This document shows, piece after piece, positions 57,040 to 64,000 of a stretch of 64,000 nucleotides of DNA. The notes under the pieces are model-generated. The model made no database searches. It was not told where the DNA came from and saw only the letters and a program-made list of their open reading frames with translations. Both the position numbers and the translations under genes were made by a program. Location of the stretch: positions 124,001 to 188,000 of the forward strand of contig JALDZX010000033.1 in NCBI GenBank assembly GCA_022813865.1. Direction: 5' to 3'. This DNA is from Xylographa opegraphella. Its lineage: Eukaryota. Within the stretch, counting starts at the first letter, position 1. The number at the start of each line of letters is the position of its first letter.

Positions 57040-57643
57040 GTTTCACGCCGTAGGAGAAGGAGGTGTTGAGAACCTGCTGCGGTGGAGCTGCAGGATGGGG
57101 GAGATAACGAGGTGTGGTGCAGGGGTTGATGGGGGTGGGGAGGGCAATGCCCGGTGGATGATTGAGTGGGGAGAGGAGAGTCGCTGCAGGAATGGGAATG
57201 TCGGTGGGGGTGGATCGATTGATTGATTGATCAGGAAGGAAGCAAAAGCCTGTGTGGTTGGTGGTTCGCTTGCTACGACGCGGGACGCTGCGACGTGGAT
57301 AGATGAATCATAGATATGCTCCTCGTCTTGTTTGTTGTCTAGGTACCTACTGCAGTGCCTTCTCGATCGGCTCGCATATCCGGGGACTTGACAACTATCC
57401 GACCTTATTCTCCGCCAGCATCCCTACAGCGCAAATGTCCGTGCTGCCACCCATCATCCGGTTGCACGTGCGCCCCCGAAACTCAGTGGGGGTTGTACGT
57501 TGCAGTATCTGTATGTCACTCGGGCCAGAGGCACCGAGCGGAACCGGCCGTCCAGAGCGAGAGCACAACCTCATTCGCCCAAGCCCCTCATCCTCCGTTT
57601 GAAAGTCCGTGCGGTGAGACCGCACCTGCGCTGCCGGTTGCTG

Positions 57644-57650
57644 TATAAGA
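57644..57650 (+). promoter_or_regulatory. TATA-like box of metallothionein gene 2
   Basis: TATAAGA about 140 bp upstream of ATG 57783. Confidence 0.5.
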
Positions 57651-57782
57651 AGTGGTGGCTACTCTTTCGCTTCCCACCATCCTTAACTAGCAGAAGCGCT
57701 TTCAGACCTTGATACAAAAGCATACCGTTCATCAAATCCACCGAGAATACCCATCCAGCACCACACGTCCGACTCCATCGAA

Positions 57783-57911
57783 ATGGCACCCTGCTCCTGC
57801 TCCAGCTGTAGCTGCACCGGTTCCTGTGCCAGCTGTGGTTGCTCCAGCTGCGGCGTAGGTCATCTCTCGTGTCCGGTACCACAACTAGTACTGACGCCGG
57901 TGTAGCATTAG
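57783..57911 (+). CDS. Metallothionein 2 (25 aa, 8 Cys; CAP5-like): MAPCSCSSCSCTGSCASCGCSSCGH
   Basis: Exon 1 57783-57854, intron 57855-57905 (GTAGGT...ACTGAC...TAG), exon 2 CAT TAG. Resembles the remembered Colletotrichum CAP5 pattern (MAPCSC...C..H). Confidence 0.9.
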
Positions 57912-58263
57912 GCGGGCAGAAATGTGACGTCCAAGCAATGTGAACAAGGGGTGATTGCCGTGCGTGAAGCAATGGTGAGAAGCATAGTACAGTGATGTCG
58001 AATGGTGGTGATCTGGCTGGAATGGTTGGAGGATGTTTGCAGCCGAATTTGCTTATGTCTTCCAACATATGACTGTCATTAGAATGCAATGGGTTTTGGA
58101 GGCGTTCAGGAGTATTTGATACCATAACCATTTCAAACACACTGACCCTGGTCACAATTTCCAGTTCTCAACGGTCGTGATGCCGAGAGTGAGGTGCCAT
58201 TCATCCAGCCTTCTGGTGTAGTGCTGAGATGATGAATTGTGACTGGCAAACCAATACCTCGCC

Positions 58264-59926
58264 TTAACCCAACCCCATTTTCACTTCATCGCCAACATTC
58301 CAAGCGCCCGCTTGCTCTGCGGAGTCCGAAACCACGGAGTGGTCTTGGTCGTCATCGCTGGCAAACAGGCTTCTGTTCGACTGCACACTGCTTGGTGGAC
58401 TCGTTCTACTGTTTTTTCTAAAAAATCCGCGCCTTTTGTTTGGATTGCCGCTCCCATTACCTGTATCCTTAATAGAGATGGGTGAGCCGAGATTACTATC
58501 GACCAGTGTCGAAGTTTGTGAAGATGCAACACTACCACCCTTCGTCTCGGACGCAGGCAGCTCAGTGGGATGAATTCCTGTGTCCGAAGTATCATCCACG
58601 AGCTCAGCGTCACGGTACCACTTTCTCCGCCGGGTATAACGTCCCCAGCCATCTTGCCGTCGTCCGTCATTCCACTAGATGGAGTTAGCGTACTGGCATT
58701 AAGAATATGACATTGGCCATTACCTTGTTGTCGTAATAGATCCACCCTTCGCTGTTGGACTTGCTTCCTCCCGACGCGCTAGATTTTGCAACGCCCTCAA
58801 TATGCCACTCGCTACCAGGAACCCACTGCCAATGGGAGCTATTGTTTTCCATCACGGGCAGGGAAAATTCCTCTTTGGGCTGTGAGGGGCTGAGGTGTTC
58901 ATCAGTCCATGCCGATCGTTCATAAGCAAAAAGGGAGGATGTCCAGCCTAGACCAAGCCATCTCCGCTGGTTCTCGTAAACAATGAAGGTAAATCGCACT
59001 CCGGTGGAGGCAGATCGTCGATGACTGACAAGAGAACTTGCCATATCTTGTTGGCTTTTATTTCGTGGTGGCAAAGGTGGTGGAGCCACCACTCCTGTTG
59101 AACTTTGCATGAAACTGAGCCCTGTTATAATGGAGAGAATATAGCGGACTGTAAGAGATCGCCAAAGAATTGCTCGAGTTACTCTGGCGGGTCGGGAGTG
59201 CCAACTTAACATGAGCGTACCAACAGCCAGTACGACACGTTGCGTGGTAATAATTCTTATGGGTGGGAGGGCGAGTCCCACCCATATTGGGGTTATCAAC
59301 AAGATCCGAATGAAAAGCGTGGTCAAGGCAGGACGCGTTGTGGCAGACGTTGCGGTTCTTTGCGTAGACAGAAAGTCTGTCAAGTCCAGAAACGGGTCTA
59401 AGAGTATGTTGCAGCGTACCACAAAACCATTCAAGGTATCGACGATCTCATCCAAGCTCTTTTGACGTGTAACGAGTGCTCCCGGATCATTTTTCTGACC
59501 CTTTACCTTTTCCCCGGTCAAGCCAGTCGAGGACAGCGGGGAGTACCTACGCGAATACATACATAATATCAACAAAATGACTACGAGTACAGGACCAGCC
59601 CATACTACAATCGTTCCACCATATATAGTCAGCGCCCAAAACGCGCCAATGACCAAGAAGCTCTCCCAAGGGTCTCCGCTGGACCACGAGATCAGGCCAG
59701 CGAACTTGTTGAGCGGTAAGAGGAAGGGATGTGAGAATGCTAGAGCACGAGTGACCTGAGGTGGAGTAGCGATGAGGAGTGGTGACTTTTGCTGGACTAA
59801 GATACTGCTTCTTTGTTGACCTTTAGTTGGAGTTTGAGATGGAGAGAACGGCGCAATGGTAGATGGATTTTGGTCTTGAAAGACTCTGGGCGAGGCAGGA
59901 TCAGATCCTTTCGTTGGTGATGACAT
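58264..59926 (-). CDS. PEX30: Pex24p/DysF-domain peroxin (Pex23/Pex30 family)
   Basis: GDPWESFL, YENQRRWLGLGW, GWIYYDNK|WND...GWGRYTRRRKWYRDAEL. Intron about 58723-58676. Confidence 0.88.
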
Positions 59927-60368
59927 CTCTTGGAGCCAAGGTGTCTCTGTTGATGTTAGCTGGAGCGGTTTCGCAGAATGACAGACAGTCTACCAAACGC
60001 AGCCATACAACAGCTCCTAGATTGTTTGCTTGCTTGCTTGTCGTGTTCTTGCTCTTAGATGTTCGAGGTTAACATAGTGATAGGTAGAGCAATCTGGAAA
60101 CGCCGCTCTATTAAGACTCCATGCCATGACATACATCAACAGTCGAAATGGTCCTCGGGACCATACAGGTATTCACAGCGGGCTTGAAGGCAGTCATTGT
60201 TGCATGTGAAGATCTGGGGGAACGCCCACCGGGGGAACTATTAACCCGGAACAGACGCTAATGACTGGCGAGTTCCATTCTCTCTCGGACATTTTTCTAT
60301 GCGGAAGCAAGCCTACCAAATATGCAACGCCGACCGGGCTCACCCACAGAGACGTCTTTGTTCCCATA

Positions 60369-60870
60369 ATGGTACGTATTTAAATGCAACAAAACCCCAC
60401 TTCTTGCACCAAAACAAGACTTTCATTCATCCTAAGAGCTAATCTCTCTCCAGGCGCATCGGATAATAACCCAGGTCGTCATAGTCGGGACGCGAGTCCT
60501 TGGACGTGCGTTCGCCGAAGCATGGCGGCAGGCGGCTGCCTCGCAGAAGTACGCCCAGCAAGCATCCAAGGCCGGCCCAGGCGCCATGAACAACTTCGCC
60601 TCTTCCGGTTTGACGCTCGACGAAGCCTGCAAGATCTTGAACGTCAAGCCGCCACAAGGGGGCAAGGCCAACATGGAAGTCGTGATGGAGCGATTCAAAA
60701 AGCTGTTTGACGTCAACGACCCGCAAAAGGGAGGGAGCTTCTACCTGCAAAGCAAGGTCTTACGAGCTCGTGAGCGGATAGAGATGGAGGTTCGGGAAGC
60801 TGCCGAGGCGGCGGCGAGAGAAGCGGAGTTGAAAGAAGGTTGGAAGCCGAAAGTCTACAGGGACCGATGA
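60369..60870 (+). CDS. PAM16: Mitochondrial import motor subunit Pam16/Tim16
   Basis: Coding part of exon 1 is ATG only, intron 60372-60453, then AHRIITQVV...GRAFAEAWRQA, LTLDEACKILNV, GGSFYLQSKVLRARERI. Confidence 0.95.
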
Positions 60871-61367
60871 CCATAATGCTGAGGTTGTGGAGCGTAGGAA
60901 AATGAACTTCCGGACACCGTCGTACCTCGCCACCTACAACACTACGACTGGTATTCGGTGGCTAAGCTCGACGTGCGATCGTGGAGATGCACTGTACAAT
61001 ACTCCACTTATAGGCATAGCGCGGCGTTTGGGATAGTCTCGACGGGCATATTTGCCATCTTACACCACGAGGCCATACATCAAGATAGCTTGACAGCATA
61101 CTACGAAAAGGCTGCGAAAAGGCCCTGATAGGATCGCATATACTGTCACCTGGATGTCGCTTACACTGTGAGATATACAAGTCCCCAGGATACAACTATG
61201 GGTGTGAATATGTCGAGCAAATCTGAAACATGATGCAATAGCACACTTTCGGATATCTACAGTTTCCATGTTACCAACTCTATGAGTGTTGTGGGACTGA
61301 TTTCCATGTCTCTTTTGCGCTATCGCTCGTCCAAAAGCGCCTGAAGTGTCCGTAGCGAAGTTGCACC

Positions 61368-63045
61368 TCACCTCCCAACCTTGAATGAGAGGACCTGCCA
61401 CGCCATCAGCATCCACATCTCCCACGTCAAACGACACGGAAGTGAAATAACTCACATCACATTTGCCCACCCCCACAACCTCCTCCTCACTCACCCTCAC
61501 ACCTCCCGTCCCCTCTACATACGCGAGCGGCGCATCCCCCATCACCTTCCGAGCCACCTCCCGCACCGTCGTCCCCCTTTTCACCAGCACGCAGTCCCGG
61601 AACACAGGCCCAGTACCCCCTTCCGCGCTGCCAACACCACCAACCCCAAAACTGTGGATATTCCTGACCGGAAAGACAGGTACCAGTCCGAGAAGATCTG
61701 CTGCCCGCGACAAGACTTGCACCACGCCCGTGGAGCCGAATCGGAACAGGACCATATCCCTTAGATTCTCGATGCGCGTTTTCAGCTTATCGTCCAATTC
61801 TTTAAGGCCACCTCCGCCTGGATCTCCGAGCTCGACGAGGTCGTCCCGAGTGTCAACCAGGTCGCTGCCCTCGACGTACTTGACGAAGCCCTGCTTTGCG
61901 AGCTTGCGGAGAAAGACTTCGGAGATGGCGGAGCAGAGGACGAGGGAGTTGGCGGGGTGGGCTTTCGCGATCTTGGCAATGTTTTTGTCTGCGTCTGGAT
62001 GATCTATTTTGTTGAGGGCGAGGACGGTTGGGAAGCGGGTGGTAACGAAGGCGGAGACGAGGTTGGAGATGGTTGGGGCATCCCATGTCTCAAGTGGGGT
62101 ACGAAGAGGGATGGAATCGAGTGTAGCGGCTATCGTCTTGGGGGTGGAGCCATAACCTGATAGCTGTCCTTGCATTGTTTCGACCGCTGTGGCTTCTGGA
62201 AGGAAAGTAAGCGGGTTATCCGGTAGAAGGAAAGAAAAGTGAGCGTACTGACGGCTATGTGGCGGCGTTTGAGGGAGCCCCTTTTTGCAACATCAGCGAG
62301 AGCATAGACAGCAACAGTGGAACACTCTACCATTTCTCCATCAAATTACCCAGGATCCAGTTCTCGATCTCTGACCGCAGCCAGACGATATCTTGTGATG
62401 GATCATAACCTCGGGTAGCCTTTCCTGAGATCAACAGACGTCAGCTGAGCCTCTACAGAAACCCTTTCCGCCTAGAGCTCCTCAAGAGTTTTCTACTCTC
62501 TTGGTGGCTCTTCTCACCTTCTGCATCTGTAGTGCCGCTAACGTCCACCACGTGTATCAGAGCGTCCGCATGCCGCAAGTCATCAAGGAACTTGTTTCCC
62601 AGTCCTTTACCCTCATGTGCCCCAGGAACCAAGCCAGCAACATCCAGAAGCTCTATAGGCACAGACCGTCTACCATCAACGCATGACCCGTAATTTGGCT
62701 TACACCGATCGGATACATTGAAGCGGGCGCAGGCGCATGCGATTTGGAGGTAGCCGATGGCTCGCTGCGGATCGATTGTGGTGAACCTGCGCTTGTTTAA
62801 GCAAGAGCATCCGGCTATGAGAATATGGCCTTACGGGAAGTTTCCTATTTCCAAACGTCAGCTCTAGCTACGTATGCTAAGTTTTGGGTTTGTTCGACAT
62901 GCCGACTTTCGAGGTCGCATCGGTCAAGCTACCAACGTTCAGAGACCATATCTTGTTTCGTGACGACCGGAGCTTACCTGTTCAGAGTTGTAGATTTGCC
63001 AGATGAAGGCTTCCCAACAAGACCTATTAGCGGGTCGCGAGGCAT
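61368..63045 (-). CDS. Obg-family P-loop GTPase (YGR210C-like)
   Basis: [19 protein letters not shown] (G1), GNFPFTTIDP (G2), [25 protein letters not shown] (G3), LNKID (G4). About seven introns. Last exon VLSFKVGR then TGA. Confidence 0.92.
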
Positions 63046-63243
63046 AGTATCGCAACGTAGTTCATCAAATGGATGTCCCGAGAAGTGACGAACTGAGTTG
63101 TGGTGGACTTTATCGATAAGCCCTACAAGGCTTGATCAAAGTCAACATCACTTCGATTGTTCAGTTGGCCAATGTCATGCTGCGACTCATGGCATCTTTT
63201 CAAAATAGGGTATTGCCGCTCCGTCGATCTTCAATGATAAGCG

Positions 63244-64000
63244 ATGGAATTATTATCGCTCATCCTGCTACTTTCTCTCGCCTCCACTATAATTGATACA
63301 TTACCACTCAATGTAACCATACAAACAAACCCCTCTCCTCCGCCACGCTGACAGCCCCTCTCCCAGTCCCCCCGGACCTCCAACACCACTCTCCTGACCG
63401 TACCTCTAAACCCTCTCCCCTCCCACCACCCGCGGCTCTAACCCCGACAGTTCGACTCCCTCCCCACCACCAACGGTCTCGCCCCCCTCCCCTCCCCTTA
63501 CCACCACCTCCTCTTCCGCTCCCTCTCCCTGTTCGCGCCCCGCTCCCCCTCCCTCCGCCACCTCATCAGCCCCCACGACCTCAACTGCGCCACGTCGGCC
63601 CCCAACGCCCTGATCGGCTCACGGGTCTACGACGAGGGCTTCGCGCCCTCCTCGATCGTCATTGCCAACGCGACCTCCATGCGCGCCGGCGGCCTGCTCC
63701 CGTATTTCTCACTCGAGTCCTTCAGCATCAAGCCGCTGGACGCGCCGGACGTGGGGACGACGGTCTATGTGAAGGGATACACGGTGGATGGAGACGAGCC
63801 GCTGCAGTGGGAGGTGGAATTTCCGGCCGGGTATCATCTGCCGTTTCGGGTGGAGATGGCGAAGCATAGCCTGGAGCTGTGGGAGCGGTTGGGCCGCGTG
63901 GAGATGTGGGCGGCGTACGGGGAGAGTGCGCTGGATTGGGAGTTCTGTGTCGATGATTTGGAGGTGCGGTTCTGGGAAGCGGGGGAGGGCCGAGAGACGT
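63244..64000 (+). CDS. Secreted protein of unknown function (3' end runs off the window)
   Basis: Signal peptide MELLSLILLLSLAST. Two short introns (about 63313-63366 and 63399-63451), then an open frame FDSLP...PYHHLLF...SAPNALIG...DWEFCVDDLEVRF to the window end. Absent from the ORF track. Confidence 0.75.

Noticed and set aside
56325..57053. 242-aa plus-strand ORF in the track
   Set aside because: Low-complexity read-through of the promoter, intron and an alternative frame of metallothionein 1, with a non-ATG start.
57571..58155. 194-aa minus-strand ORF
   Set aside because: Antisense shadow of metallothionein 2 with no domain features.

Overview
Gene-dense, intron-containing genomic DNA from a filamentous ascomycete (Pezizomycotina, judged from short GT-AG introns with CTRAC/CTAAC branch points and gene content; exact taxon not determinable). 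About 28 protein-coding genes. The left part (3-27 kb) is largely accessory and oxidative: a secreted repeat protein, FAD-linked oxidase, BetB-like aldehyde dehydrogenase, epoxide hydrolase, UNC-93-like MFS, CYP52-type P450, NmrA-like reductase, CFEM protein and a CYP51. The rest is mostly housekeeping: SIP5, TOR, Tyr-type DAHP synthase, MFS transporters, GTB1, RTF2, PEX30-family, PAM16 and an Obg-family GTPase. The main finds missed by the ORF track are: (i) two tandem, intron-split micro-genes encoding different 24-25 aa metallothioneins (56795-57039 and 57783-57911); (ii) a five-intron CYP51 with His at the position equivalent to Aspergillus fumigatus Cyp51A L98; (iii) a CFEM protein lacking one disulfide pair and the heme-ligating Asp; (iv) a perfect 31-bp tandem duplication upstream of the CYP52; (v) recurring C-rich to G-rich skew islands. 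No tRNA, rRNA, CRISPR, PKS/NRPS or intact transposon was recognised. All exon structures were read by eye and family calls come from remembered motifs, not database searches.
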